From: Diploschistes diacapsis
Taxonomy: Eukaryota
NCBI GenBank assembly: GCA_023645945.1
Contig: JALAIB010000027.1
Span: forward strand, 1-45,730
DNA: 45,730 nucleotides
Direction: 5' to 3'
Shown: in pieces, positions 28,334 through 40,561 of the stretch
Layout of the letters: every line of letters begins with the position of its first letter
How positions within the stretch are numbered: the stretch's first letter is position 1
Notes under the pieces: model-generated
What the model was told of the DNA's origin: nothing
The model's input: only the letters and a program-made list of their open reading frames with translations
Database searches by the model: none
Made by a program: the position numbers and the translations under genes

Positions 28334-29435
28334 CACAGAGCCCGGAGTCTCCTCCGCTAGCGAACAAGATGTTTCAGAAGTCGCGGTTCAACACAACGAT
28401 GCCGTTCGCTGACTGCACGTACAATGTACAAGGACACAATATGAAGTTGAACGGCGGATTCTCGTGTCTTATTGGCCAGACACTGTCCGGAAGGTGCTCC
28501 TGGAGCCGTTGCGCACCGGCCCCATTTTTTATTTTCTTATATCGAGTCTTGCTATCTTGGGCGGCTTATTGCGCTGCAGACAGCCTGATGGGTGGTGGCT
28601 TTTTGAGATCGGAATTTTGAGCCGGAATCGCATTGCAGGGTTGCTGTGGGAAGTCTATTGTTCCAAGCTGTTGTTTTCACGGAGTAGAGGGGCGAAGCTT
28701 ATTCGGCTTTTACCTCTGACAGGCTTCAGAAGGAAGGGCGTCCGAATCGTCTGGTATTGGCTCGACCCGGCTTAGTCTGATAGAGCAAGCAAGGAACGCA
28801 CAACTTGATGGACACAAAAGAGGCCAAAAGACCGCTCTGAATCGCAATGTTAACGTTGCCCATCTCATCGTCGCTTATTTTGCATTGTGAACCTGGTGCA
28901 TCGGACTAGTTGAAGAGGGTTAGGATCTCTACCGTGGAATGCAGTTGTGTTCCACGTCGCTTGATCTTGTGTGACGTATTCTGCACCTCATATCTACCTG
29001 CGTGCGTTCGAAATAAGGCAACGGCATCGTTGTTACCATCTTCCGCCTGCCCCGTAAAGTGGTGGTCAATGGAATGAGAGCTTGGTTATTATCAGGACTT
29101 GGGAAGTACCAAGTACCCGGTTCTCTTTCACTAAGTCATTTTGCCTACGTGATAGGTACATAGCAGTCATACATACTGCGTACATTTGCTGCACAGCGGT
29201 ACCAAACACCTGTAACGTTGATCTTATCTTATCTCGTCCTATTTTCATCCCACCATCGCATCACATCACATGCCCAATTAACCCCGGCCCCTTTTCCGAG
29301 AACGTTTCGAAGCACCATCCCATTAACTCAGCAGAACTGCCCGCGCCAACCTTCAACCTACAACTTATGCGTCCCATTGTGGAAGAACGGGACAGGAAGA
29401 TAATACCCTAAATAATACCTTACCGCTAACCGACT

Positions 29436-30542
29436 ATGGCAGCAGGCGCAAGCCATGCCCACGACAGCCTGGCGCAGCACTTCCATTCTGGCTCTGATGC
29501 TGCCGAGCATGGCCACACTCACGAGATTTATGACGGGCCAGGTTCGTACATGGCCCGTGAATTGCCCCTTAACGATCGTCGCGATTGGGCAGACCGTGCC
29601 TTTACGATTGGGATTGGTGGGTACGCTGCCCTGCTACGTGATATCAGCTCGCTAGATCGCCACCCTGGAGTTACCTCCGTTCGCCTCTGGTGGGAAATTA
29701 TTGCTAATGGCTCCCTCATGCTAGTCCCGTTGGGTCTGGGAAGACGGCTCTGATGCTCGCACTGTGCAAGAAATTGAGGGATGAGTATAGCATTGCGGCC
29801 GTGACGAATGACATCTTTACTCGGTTAGCCTTCCGTGTCCTATGTTCAAGCATTCGCGCGAACTCGATTAAGATGATGCTTCTCCTGCAGCGAGGATGCA
29901 GAGTTTCTGACACGGAATCACGCCCTACCACACGATCGCATAGTCGCCATCGAGACGGGCGGCTGCCCCCATGCTGCCGTTCGAGAAGACATCTCCGCAA
30001 ACTTGCTCGCACTCCAACAACTGCACCGTCAATTCGCCACGGACCTGCTGCTGATTGAAAGTGGAGGAGACAATCTCGCGGCCAACTATAGTCGCGAGCT
30101 TGCGGATTTCATCATCTATGTAATAGATGTGGCGGGTGGCGATAAAGTCCCGAGAAAGGGCGGTCCCGGAATCACCGGGAGTGACCTATTGGTCGTGAAC
30201 AAGGTCCGTAACTAGCGTATGATTAGTTCGCCAGATCTGACTCGGGCCACAGATCGATCTCGCCGAGGCGGTTGGCGCTGATCTCAAGGTCATGGAACGG
30301 GATGCTGGGAGGATGCGGTACGAAAGCAACGCTTTCTTCCCTCTTGTCGTTTTACTACCATCGCCAAGCTGACAATGCCTCGTAGCGAAGGGGGCCCGAC
30401 AATATTTGCGGTCATAAAGCAGAATAACGGTGTCGATGGCATTGTAAGCCTTATCCTGAGCGCTTGGAAGAGCTGTGGGGCGTACGACCTAAGCCTGGAG
30501 AAGTGGAAAAAGCATGGCAAGAAGGGAAGTGCAGACATATGA
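29436..30542 (+). CDS. ureG: Urease accessory GTPase UreG, 5 exons
   Basis: His-rich N-terminus (HGHTHE), GGPVGSGKT, VTNDIFT, ETGGCPH, ESGGDNL, RKGGPGI and NKID. Confidence 0.95.
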
Positions 30543-30755
30543 CATGTAATGGAACGAGCTGTCCCAGCATAGGCACAACGCTTCAACAATAGCAGATCAG
30601 ATGGTTTCAACCTTACGCCGCAATATGTGAAAGTCCCCAGGCAAGTCCACGCAATATCTCGCGTCCAATAGCGCCGCCTCAATGCTTGACCCAATGTATT
30701 TCTCGAAAGCCCCCATGACGTCTACGACAACCCGCTGATTGCTGCAACGCTCAGT

Positions 30756-31835
30756 TTAGGAACCTCCCCAAGGTTGCTGTCCATATGGTGTAGCCCCGTA
30801 GGGTGTCGCAGCTCCTCCATGTGCCCAGTCAACACCATTGCCTGCTGCTCCATAGGGCGTGCTATATCCCCCATTCAGTGCGAAATTGTTGACACCACCA
30901 GAACCGTTAATGCCCGGGCTTCTTGGTTCGTATTCATCGCCCCTAGCACCTTCCTCGCCGCCCTCCAACTCTTGCATCACTGCAGCCAGCTTCAGCTGAA
31001 GTGCTTTGATGCCATTTTTCACGATAAGATCTGCATCCAAGGTACCAGCAGACTCAACGTCGAAGTAGAAGGTACTGGGCGCGGCTCGGTAATCGAACGG
31101 AGCGCCTTCGAGCGGAGGGTCCTCCCAGGTCGCATTCTTGGACTTGGGCCTGGACAATGTCAGTCCCCGCCCCGTAGACTAAACGCATGTCACATACCAT
31201 TCCTCTGTGGCGTCGACCTCGTACCACAGGTCCAGATGGTGCAGCTTGTTGTGCGGATCGTACTCGAACCCGACGGCAGCTGTCGGCGCCCATTTCGCAT
31301 GCTCTTTCGCTATCCCCTTCTTTGCGATGCACTTGAGATGTAGCTCCTGGTTTTTGCGCAGCTTGGCTATGACCGGTCCACGGCCCCTTGCGTTTGCATC
31401 CACCTCCGAAATGACCGGCTTACCCAGCTCGGGCGAGGGACCTTGGTTTTCCTTGGTCAAGGAGTCGGCAAAGACGATCATGACTTCGTCGGCAGAGCAC
31501 TTTGCTTGCAGATCGAGGGTTATGCTGCACAGGTCGCAGTACCCGTCACACTCGCAGTCGCGCGTGTAGGCGAGCGACTCGGCATCGGCCGAATTCAGGG
31601 GTATCAAGCCCAGGCGGTGCGCAAGAAACTCGTCGGGTATCACAGATGTGTTGGTTATGACTTCCACGAGGTCGATGGCTATCGTAGGTATCTCGGATAG
31701 CATGGTGCGGCGCAGGGAATTGGCCAGTGCAAGGTCGACATTGCGCATGGTAAAGTCGACATTTGTCTTCCCTGCGGAGCGGACCACGACCTGGGGTCCC
31801 GCCTCCTCCAAGCCGTCCATGAGATCGAAGTCCAT
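30756..31835 (-). CDS. RPB3: RNA polymerase II subunit RPB3, 2 exons
   Basis: LANSLRRTMLSEIPTIAID, DEFLAHRLGLIPL, CECDGYCDLC and AKKGIAKEHAKWAP. Confidence 0.96.
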
Positions 31836-32814
31836 GGTGACAGTCGCTTGGGAGCGCCGTGAGAGCGCTCAGTTAGATGTTTTGAGTATTCATGAAGAGG
31901 GTACTGCTTTCAGCTAAACTTTTGTACAGATGCTGGTTTTGAAAGAAATGCGCCCAGCCAATCGGAGACTACGAGGGAGATCCGGGTCTAAGTTAAGGCT
32001 AAAACCTTAATGCATACCTAAAAAATCCTCAGTAAAGAGGTACATCCACCACGCCTACTGGTGACGGTAATGTTCTTGCAGAATTTAGAATGCTCGATCA
32101 GATACTTCAGAGCTTGCAATTTCTTTTCTTTAGGAGCCTAACTACGCGAATTTATTATCTTTTCTCTTTATTTTTCAAAATCGACCTGCAGACTACTCGA
32201 TATCCAGAAACTATTCCCCCTCCCCCGGACGGTAGATATCAAGCTCTGCATAGGAGACGATACTAAAGCTCCTGAAGACTAGTGTTGGAGGCTCCATGGA
32301 CGCCCGAGCGAGCTCATTATCTACAAGCGTGGACACAAGATCACACGGTCATGCCTGCATCGCTTGGGTCCTATTTGCTAAGTATTAGACGCTTTGGTTA
32401 AGAAATGGACAAAGATATGGCAATAAATGGATGGTGCCTGGTATGGGATTGGCTGCAATTGTTCAGTTGTCGTCACCCACCGCATTTTGGATAGCGAAAT
32501 AAGGTTTGCTACCAAATCAGTAGGTTCTGTGCGTCCTCTCCAGGATACAAAGACAGGTCTGTGCCATAGATGACATGCCTGGTGCTCCTAAGCATATGCT
32601 TGAAGATGGTGTCATTCCCACCTTGACTCACTTGATTGGGAAGCATTCACGTATTCCAGCTGCGTAATATGACGCCCAGGATGACCATCTGAGGCAGTTC
32701 TTTCTAAACAGCGGTTCTTGAAAGTCATTAAAGTATTAATCAAGCACAGGATTTGAAGAGGGATACCCACATTGTCATCAGCAGACAGCAAGAGAAACTT
32801 TCTACAGTTCGAAT

Positions 32815-33933
32815 ATGCCACAAAGCATGGACCGTGATGGGAGAGACATCCCGGATAACGTTTTTAAGGCCGAACAGACCATCTTCCGATTTCGAAGTAT
32901 GCCGAACCAGGTGGAAGAACAAATAATACAGAATCCACATAGGAACCAAGAGATCATAGGAGCCCTCCAAGAGTACAGAGACTATTACAGCCAACAGTTA
33001 GGAAGCGAGGATGCAGCGGACGACCGCCTTAAAAATCTCTGTACGGAAGCTTCCAGACTGCAGCCCTTGATCACTGAAAGATTTAACGAAGCTGTCCGGC
33101 AAGTGCAGGCTGGAGAAGGAGAGAATTCAGACCTACAGGCAATCTTGGCTACCCTCGGGAACGTGGAGGATGGTGCAGAGGGAGGGGAGGCCAATGCTAC
33201 GGTGTTCGGTCAAGATCTCCTGGTGGAAGACATCAGACATATCCTGGGTGACACTGACTATGACCTGAGGCCGGATGGTAGTAGTAATTCTGGCCCAACC
33301 CACCGAGATCTTCTTCCAAGGGAGACTGGACAAATCATGGGCGACAATGACCATGGTTTAGATGCAAACGTTGATCACCAGGCTCGTGCGAGAAACCAAG
33401 AGCTATCGGCAGAACATCTTAGAAGGATCCTAGGAGATGATGATTACGATATTGGCCGGGACGTGAACGACGTGGCTGGCATGCGCAATGAAGTGCTATC
33501 GCCGGAGCATCTTAAACGTATCTTGGGAGATGAAGATTATCATCTACCGGGCTTTGGAGATCGTGAGCTGTCCCCAGAACAAGTTCGACGCATCTTAGGA
33601 GATGGCGATTATGATGTAGATCGAGAAGTTGATGAGGCGACGATTCTAGCGGGGCAAGAGTTGTCACCGGAAAACATCAAGCGCATTCTAGGAGATGACG
33701 ATTACGACGTAGAGCGAGATATCGATAGTGGCCCCGACCCAGTAAACCAGGAGCTGGTGCCCGAAAACATCAAGCAGATCTTAGGTGACAATGATTTCGA
33801 CCTCAATGAACATGACGGTCACCCAAAAGAAACGGGCCCCCTCAATCTGGAAGCTCTTCGCCGTATTCTCGGGGACGACGATTTTCACCTAGAACGCAAA
33901 GGTGGTGATGATCATCGTAATCCACACGAATAG
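32815..33933 (+). CDS. Acidic protein of unknown function with ~8 tandem ELSPExxxRILGDxDY repeats; probably has further small 5' exons from ~32190
   Basis: Open 372-codon frame with a clear amino-acid repeat. The frame extends upstream to a CAG acceptor near 32750, and several GT-AG-bounded mini-exons are visible upstream. Confidence 0.75.
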   Translation: MPQSMDRDGRDIPDNVFKAEQTIFRFRSMPNQVEEQIIQNPHRNQEIIGALQEYRDYYSQQLGSEDAADDRLKNLCTEASRLQPLITERFNEAVRQVQAGEGENSDLQAILATLGNVEDGAEGGEANATVFGQDLLVEDIRHILGDTDYDLRPDGSSNSGPTHRDLLPRETGQIMGDNDHGLDANVDHQARARNQELSAEHLRRILGDDDYDIGRDVNDVAGMRNEVLSPEHLKRILGDEDYHLPGFGDRELSPEQVRRILGDGDYDVDREVDEATILAGQELSPENIKRILGDDDYDVERDIDSGPDPVNQELVPENIKQILGDNDFDLNEHDGHPKETGPLNLEALRRILGDDDFHLERKGGDDHRNPHE

Positions 33934-34379
33934 CCATATACTCACATGATCGAAAGAGGGAATATGGGGACAACTCCATATCCTTGAGGGAATTTGGGCT
34001 GTATTGGCAGGCTGAGGCCCTTGTATGCTTAGGAGAGTAGTAAGTTGTATGACTGCTTTTATAAAGAGACGAGGGTTAGCGATGGATCTGTGACTGGGTA
34101 CGCTCTAGAATGGGGATTGCTGAGCTTGCAATACGTCTGCACGTGTATCGAGATAGTAGACAATTTAGAATGCATTGCAGGACGTTGATCATTTGTTATG
34201 ATTTATATGCTCCAGTTTGGTCTTTACGTTGCGAGTAAGTACATAGGTAGGCTGTACCACAAGGCATTGTCGTAGCTACAGTGGTAGCATCAGGCTGTTA
34301 ATACTAGGGGCGTTTCCCTTCAGTTCCTCCAGCCACGTTCCAAAATGAGCCCTGCCCCAAACACATCAAGATTTGAGGA

Positions 34380-34959
34380 TTAACGAGGCTTCCACGTTAT
34401 TAATATAAAAAGGTTAAAAGTTCAAAAAATCGTAGGAATCATTTAAATGTAGGTTGATATGTTTTTTAAATCTGTTGCTTAAATTTTTTTTTGGGATTGT
34501 TAAAAACTTTATTGATGGTATGGGCCGGCTTTATGAAATTGGCGCATATTGATGTAATTTGGGAGAGGGCTTAAATACTTTTGGCCTAGTATTGTAAGTT
34601 CTTATTAGTTAAGCTTAGTCTTTTTGAGTTAGCTATTAGCGTTAAGTCTTTTCGGGCCGGTGTTATGATCTTTATTTTTATAAGGTAAACACGAGGTAAT
34701 GATTAAGGTGGGTTTAATCTCGTATTGAAGAGGAGTGTAGGTAGGAAGAAGAAGGAGATCAATTACAGGTCTGGGACTATTTCTAGAAGAAGGTTCTAGT
34801 GATAGTGGGTAATGAATATAGATTGGTCCCGAGCTTTAGCTAAGGATATCTATAAAAGTAAATATACCAGGATTCATGGAAGCCATGATAAAAATTCCTA
34901 TATAGTCCAACTTCTATTCCCAGAATAAATGAGTAGAAGAATAGAATTACCGTTCTTTG
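34380..34959. mobile_element. AT-rich RIP-like transposon relic
   Basis: Abrupt shift to TpA-rich, ORF-less sequence next to the MITE-like element. The family is not recognisable. Confidence 0.45.
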
Positions 34960-34961
34960 TA

Positions 34962-35639
34962 GGCTGGCCGTCACGGACACGGCCGTGGCAGTGTCCGTGT
35001 TTTGAAATTTTCAGCCGTAGTGTCCGTGTCCGTGCTTTTACTGTAGTGCAGTGTCCGTGGAAGTATCCGTGTTTTAAAATTTTTAGTCGTAGTGTCCGTG
35101 TTCGTGCTTTTATTATAATATAATATCCGTAGAAGTATCCGTGTTTTAAAATTTTTAATCGTAATGTCCGTGTCCGTGCTTTTATTATAATATAATATCT
35201 ATAAAAGTGTCCGTGTTTTAAAATTTTTAGTCGTAATATTCGTGTTAATAGATTTATTGTCGTGTCCGTGCATTTACCGAAATACTTTTAAATAATATTT
35301 ATTTTTTAATAATTTTAGAATTATTAGGTTTATTTTTTACGTTTTTATTTTTTTATCGCGGTGTTTCGGTGAATTTACGGTAATATTTCGATAAATTTAT
35401 TATAATATAATGTCCGTGGCAGTATCGTGTTTTAAAAATTTTGACGGTAGTGTCCGTGAAAATGTCCGTGTTTTAAAATTTTTAACCGTAATGTCCGTGT
35501 CCGTACTTTTACTATAATGTAGTGTCCGTGGAAGTATCCGTGTTTTAAAATTTTAACGGTAGTGTCCGTGGCAGTGTCGTGTTTTAAAAATTTTCTCGGT
35601 AGTGTCCGTGGAAGTGTCCGTGGCACGAAACGGCCAGCC
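34962..35639. mobile_element. MITE-like non-autonomous element with TA target-site duplication
   Basis: TA|GGCTGGCCGT (34962-34971) ... ACGGCCAGCC|TA (35630-35639): perfect 10-bp terminal inverted repeat, no coding capacity. Confidence 0.75.
34991..35625 (+). repeat. 72-bp tandem repeats built from GTGTCCGTG subunits
   Basis: Units start at 34991, 35063, 35135 and 35207, with further copies at about 35410-35625. Copies differ mainly by C>T and G>A changes. Confidence 0.9.
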
Positions 35640-36179
35640 TAGTGCTAGGCGTAGGGTATCTCATTACGTACCTCATTCTGGACCTTTATGAGCCTACAAT
35701 ATGCATCTGAGGGGTTCATAAGCTCTTTGTGAACTTCCTGCTCTACCAGCCTGTCTTTCTGTAATATAACAGCGTTGTTGGCTTTGTTTCCCGCAGCCAG
35801 GCTGTGAACGTTAATAATGGATGCATACTAAGCGCCAAACTTCGGCTTTAATTTTCCAATCTAGGGTCGTGATAGCTACATATCAAAAATTCGCGGATAC
35901 CCAATGACCGAACGCGCGATTACTATACACCATCTCTGGCCTCCGTATACTCGTGCACCTCTAAAGTCCACTACTATATCCTATACTCCGGGAACAATCT
36001 CATAATGGAATTATAAGCAGGGGCTAACGTGGCAGCTTCAACAAGCTTTAAACTTTCCTAACGAGTCGCCTATCTAAACACCCCAGATTTAGTCCAGGGG
36101 CGATTTTATCAAGATTATAATACCAAATAAACCAGGGTTTATGCAACCCAGCGGCTATGTCGTCTGAGGGATTAAAAGT

Positions 36180-37553
36180 TCGGAACGTGGATACCTTGAT
36201 CGTCGATATAAATTGAGCCCTCAACAAGATATTGGAACAAACCTCTCTAACAAGCAAGCTTTTATGCTTTTACCTGAACCGGAGCTACCAAAAATGGATA
36301 TTACAGTTCCAGCCGGCATTGTGAGGCTCCAAGCATATAATACCATATGGCTGGGTCTGCTCGGGCAGATATTTTTGCGACCTTAAAAGTCGATCGTGTG
36401 CCTGTGGTTTAGTGAAAGCACAGCATACCTTCTGCCAAAGGATCGATTAAGAGTTTCACACAATAGTTCTAAAAACCTTTCTTAAAGAGTTAGTGGAAAT
36501 CACAAATGCTTCAATATAAACGGCAGCACCAGAAACCGCAAAGGCGCCGGATTTGAAAATCAAGGCGATGGGCACTATCCGTGTGAACGACGTTGCGTTT
36601 CCACAGTATATGAATTTGGATCCTTCCCAAAAGACCAGTGCAACGCTTAGATAGCCTGCAGCTACGGCCAGGCCAACTGAACTACCCATCAAACTTCTTA
36701 GATAGAAGGAACTCCTCTCGGCCAGACAAGGATGTTCTTGGAAATACTTTAACATTGGATGCTGTACCCTTAAGGCAGCGATTGTTTTGATTGGTGGTAG
36801 CGCCTCTTCAATCAGAGCATTACCTGCTCCATAGGCTTCGAGAGCTTTAGTACTATATATTACAGCGCTATAGTCATCTGCCCCGAGAAGGAGGGATCCG
36901 AGGTTACAGATCAGACTGGAAACCCCATGAGTTTGGCGTTTAATACACAGCTAATAAACAAGCGTGGCGAGGAGGGTTCCTACTGCACTAACAGTAAGGC
37001 AACGCTTCTGGGAAATTCCCCTCTGGATGAAGTCTGTATGTGAACTAAGCTGGTTCATCAAGTTACCCATTCGATGCCGACGAATAATGCCATGTTCTGC
37101 TTGAAGACTGCCTTCAAAAAGCGCTCTTTGATTCGCCCAGTATTTTTTTCCCACCCCACACGAAGCTTGCGGTTGATGCATAGTGCGTGAGCAATGAGAG
37201 CAAAGCGACGTAAACCAAAGCCAGAATGTATTGGGTTGCGACCTTGGTGGAGGACGAATTGTTGCTATTTCGCTCCTCGACCGAGGCAAAAGATGTTGAC
37301 GAGCTGACAGAAGATAACGCAGGAACTATCAGCCGAACTAGCATTGAGATGGATGAGGTTGACATACAGTAGGCAGAATCTGACAAGCGCCTGCGAGTAG
37401 AACAGCGAAAGTGCTTGCGGAGACGACGATAATCTCGTATCGAGAAGCATAGTGATATATTATGAAGAATGAAGTTCTTATATCATCGACATGCAACTGC
37501 CCTTGGAGGATTTTTCTCGGCGATGATGCCCGCCTTGCGCTCTTTCTAGTCAT
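36180..37553 (-). pseudogene. Degenerate N-terminal half of an ABCB/MDR transporter
   Basis: ILQGQLHVDDIRTSFFIIYHYASRYEIIVV N-terminus, transmembrane fragments (ALVFWEGSKFI) and Walker A GSSGSGKS at 36266-36289 followed by LLERF. A stop and frameshift follow, and I see no ABC signature or second half. Confidence 0.8.
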
Positions 37554-38154
37554 ACACGGTCAATATATCGTTTGGCAAAGTTTTATGAACGCGGTCTAAA
37601 GCATCAAGGGCTGAAGATTAGTATGTTCTTAATGCTGCCCGGGTGTGAGATTAATTAAGAACTCGAGATATTGAAGCTTGTCCAGTTACTGACGAGACTC
37701 TGCAAAACCCTTGATCATATTTTTTGCTCTTCATCTTACCCGATACTTCACGAACCAAAAGAGATCGGGATGTAGTTGAATAAAAGCGGTCAAGCGTTCC
37801 GACATTGTGGCCAGGAGCGGTCATGACAGTCCGACAAGGAATAAATAGGGCAGCAAAGGCGTAGCACCATTACTGCCCTTACAATATGAGTAGTATCTGA
37901 TCTGCTATCATTATGATAAAAGGTAATCTCTGATATTCTACCAATACAATACCTCCAGCTTGTTTCACTCTAGTCGTTTTACCTACTTCCCTGCAGCGGT
38001 ACTGGCTCACAAGATATAGCTCTACCAAGACGACATAACAAGATCATAATTTGGCACAGGCAAATATCTCGAAACGTTGTGATAAGCTATTCCTTATAAA
38101 AAACTCGTCAAGCCAACTTCTGAGAGCGAAGACTCACTCTGATGGCACTGGGTC

Positions 38155-39189
38155 TCAAGCAGTGCTTGAGGTCAAGGTCTTGGCGATAGCAAAAATGCTA
38201 TCGAGCTCCTCCTTAGGAGTTCTTCCTAACCCGCACTCACTTGACACCCCAAAGGATCCTGAATAGGTCGCCCTAGCAATCTCAGCCCTTTCTCGGCTGC
38301 CTGTTTCGTCATTTGGATGGACAAGCCCCAAGAAAAGCTTCGTGCCGGGGTTCAACTGTAGTTTGTTCAGGGGAGAGAAATAAGCCTCATCCGTCCTATC
38401 TTTAGGGACAGGAAAATGGATGTAGGAGATCGGATGAATGGAAGAAACCTTTTACTCAATAGCGTTCGCCAGATCCACTAGAACCGTAGTATCTTCCGGC
38501 TGGGCGAAATGTACATGGCCAAGGTCTCCATAGCAGAGGTGGAAGCCTAGTTCGACCTCGGCGTCTATGGCAGATGCGAGACGAGTCACCCGAACAAGGA
38601 TTCCTGCTTTAACCTTGGGAAAATCCGAGACGTAATAAGGATCGTCTACCCGCCCGCGCTCGTGCTCGATAAGACCTATTTCAAACGGCAGATCCCACTG
38701 AATTGATAACTTGGAAGCAGGAATATTATCTTGAACACGGCGGACAGCTTCAAGTGGCTTTACTTCATAGAGAGGCTCGATCTCCGCGCAGTAGTCGGTC
38801 TCGACAAATCCACGCACAACACCAAGCGGCGAAGGGAAGCAAACTTGGAAGCGTACGTTAGAAGGGATGACTGCAGCCTCTTGCAGCTTCTGGAACACTC
38901 CGAAAGACTCGATTGCGAAAGTATCGTAGTTGGTTGGATTCATGTCCGAGACAGTATAGTTGAACTCCGTTCTCCGAGCAGGAGGCTGGCCACCCCATCG
39001 TGGCTGAACAACGTTGATGGGAAAAACGGGATGCTGAAATCCGATGAAGTTTCCACGTAAGCCGGTCTCACCGTCGGGGATTCTTTCTAAGCGACCCGGT
39101 AGGGCTTGCACGGCGGTTTTGGGGACCTCCTCGCTGGAGGATAGAGGTACGCTTCCCACGAGTAGAACTTGAAAATTAGGATCGCTCAT
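38155..39189 (-). pseudogene. UROD/MetE-like TIM-barrel protein interrupted by one in-frame TAA (38452-38454)
   Basis: LLVGSVPL, RIPDGETG, QWDLP, GFHLCYGD; after the stop the same frame continues IHFPVPKDR...LFLGLVH...GVSSECGLGR. Confidence 0.8.
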
Positions 39190-39753
39190 CTTCGAGTGGT
39201 AGAGCTGCTTGACAGTAGAATGTTCAAGCAAGGCGTCTTTCCAGAAGACGAGAATGGCCTCAGAGAAGATGATGTGAAAGGATAGAGGTTAAAAGCTGAG
39301 GAAGATGCGGACATGAAGCATGAGGGAAGGTGGTCATGGTATGGCACTATTAACTTTGCTGTCGGCCTATCATACCATCTAATGACGGAAGAAAAGGACA
39401 CTCAAGTTTGCTGGCTCTCGCACCCGCCTCTGTGATGCATCAATAGTTGTATCACAAAGGCTGTGCTCGCTATCCTTGCAGCATTAATTGCTCATGATAC
39501 TGTGCCGAGCCTGGTGCTACCTGACTTATGCCATCCAGCGATAGCCTTGCCTCTAATTTTGCCTTTGCGCCAACAGCCCACAGTTGCTTCCTATTGCTCT
39601 TCCTTCCAGTGATCACTGCTCGTGAACTCTTCAATCTCTTTACCCACCTTGCGCTGCTTATATGAATCTAGTTGCTTTACCGTCCCAAGATCAGGTTCAC
39701 CTCTCCGTATCCGGATCAAAGATTGGCTGACGGGCCTTTCAGCTTCAGCAATC

Positions 39754-40522
39754 ATGGGAAGTCTCACGCAAGCAGAATTACAATACATGGAAGAACATGC
39801 AAATGATAACAAGCAGCCAAATCTTATAGCTACCTGTGCCTTGTGTCTGTTTTTTCCCTGTGTTGGTGTCTCTCTCAGATTTATAGCCAGATGGAGAGCG
39901 AAAGCTGGGTATCAGGTTGATGACCGGCTTATTCTTGGTGCCTTGGTCGGAGCCTTTGGTCTTTCTTTATGCATTCTCGTGGCTGATCTACTATAGATAC
40001 CTATGATGGGTATGACTATTACGACAGGTCTGACAGTCCGCTTTGGCGAGGGGCGACATATCATATTTATCAAAAACCCTGAAGGATTCGCCATTGTAAG
40101 TATCACCATCAAGGTATCCTATCCAGCCTCTTATGCTTGGCTCTATGCTTATGTCGGCGGTGTCTTGGCCTATGCGTTAACTGCTGTCCTGATCAAGCTT
40201 TCTATTCTGTGTCTTTATCATCGAATTTTCCCCTCGCGGACTATGTATATTCTTTCATCTTGTATTGCTGGTGTTATCATCTTATATAAAGTTGCGTTGA
40301 TTGTCTTCGGTTTCCTTCAGTGCGTGCCGCTTTCAAAGTTATGGACCGGCGGGCCTGGCGCCTGTGTCCCAACGACACCAGCTTATGTTACATTAGCGCA
40401 AGCAATCCCTCTGCTTTGAAAGCTCTATTACTGATGGTTCATTTAGCGTTATGAACGTGGTCACGGATATCATGATCTTGTCTTTGCCCATCAAGTACGT
40501 GCTGAGGCTGCAGATGAAATGA
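39754..40522 (+). pseudogene. C-terminally truncated PTH11-like (rhodopsin-domain) integral membrane protein
   Basis: VSLRFIAR, DD, GEGRHI, IKLSILCLYHRIF, QCVP..LW and NVVTDIMILSLPI..VLRLQMK then TGA. The last two expected helices are missing. Confidence 0.75.
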
Positions 40523-40561
40523 AATGTACCTGTTTGTCTGGTGTACCGGGTGGAAGGCATC

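Noticed and set aside
22415..30542. Carbonic anhydrase and UreG as a urea/CO2 metabolic cluster
   Set aside because: They are separated by unrelated genes, and no urease or transporter is present.
34991..35625. CRISPR-like regular repeats
   Set aside because: Whole 72-bp units are homologous with no unique spacers, there are no cas genes, and the context is eukaryotic.
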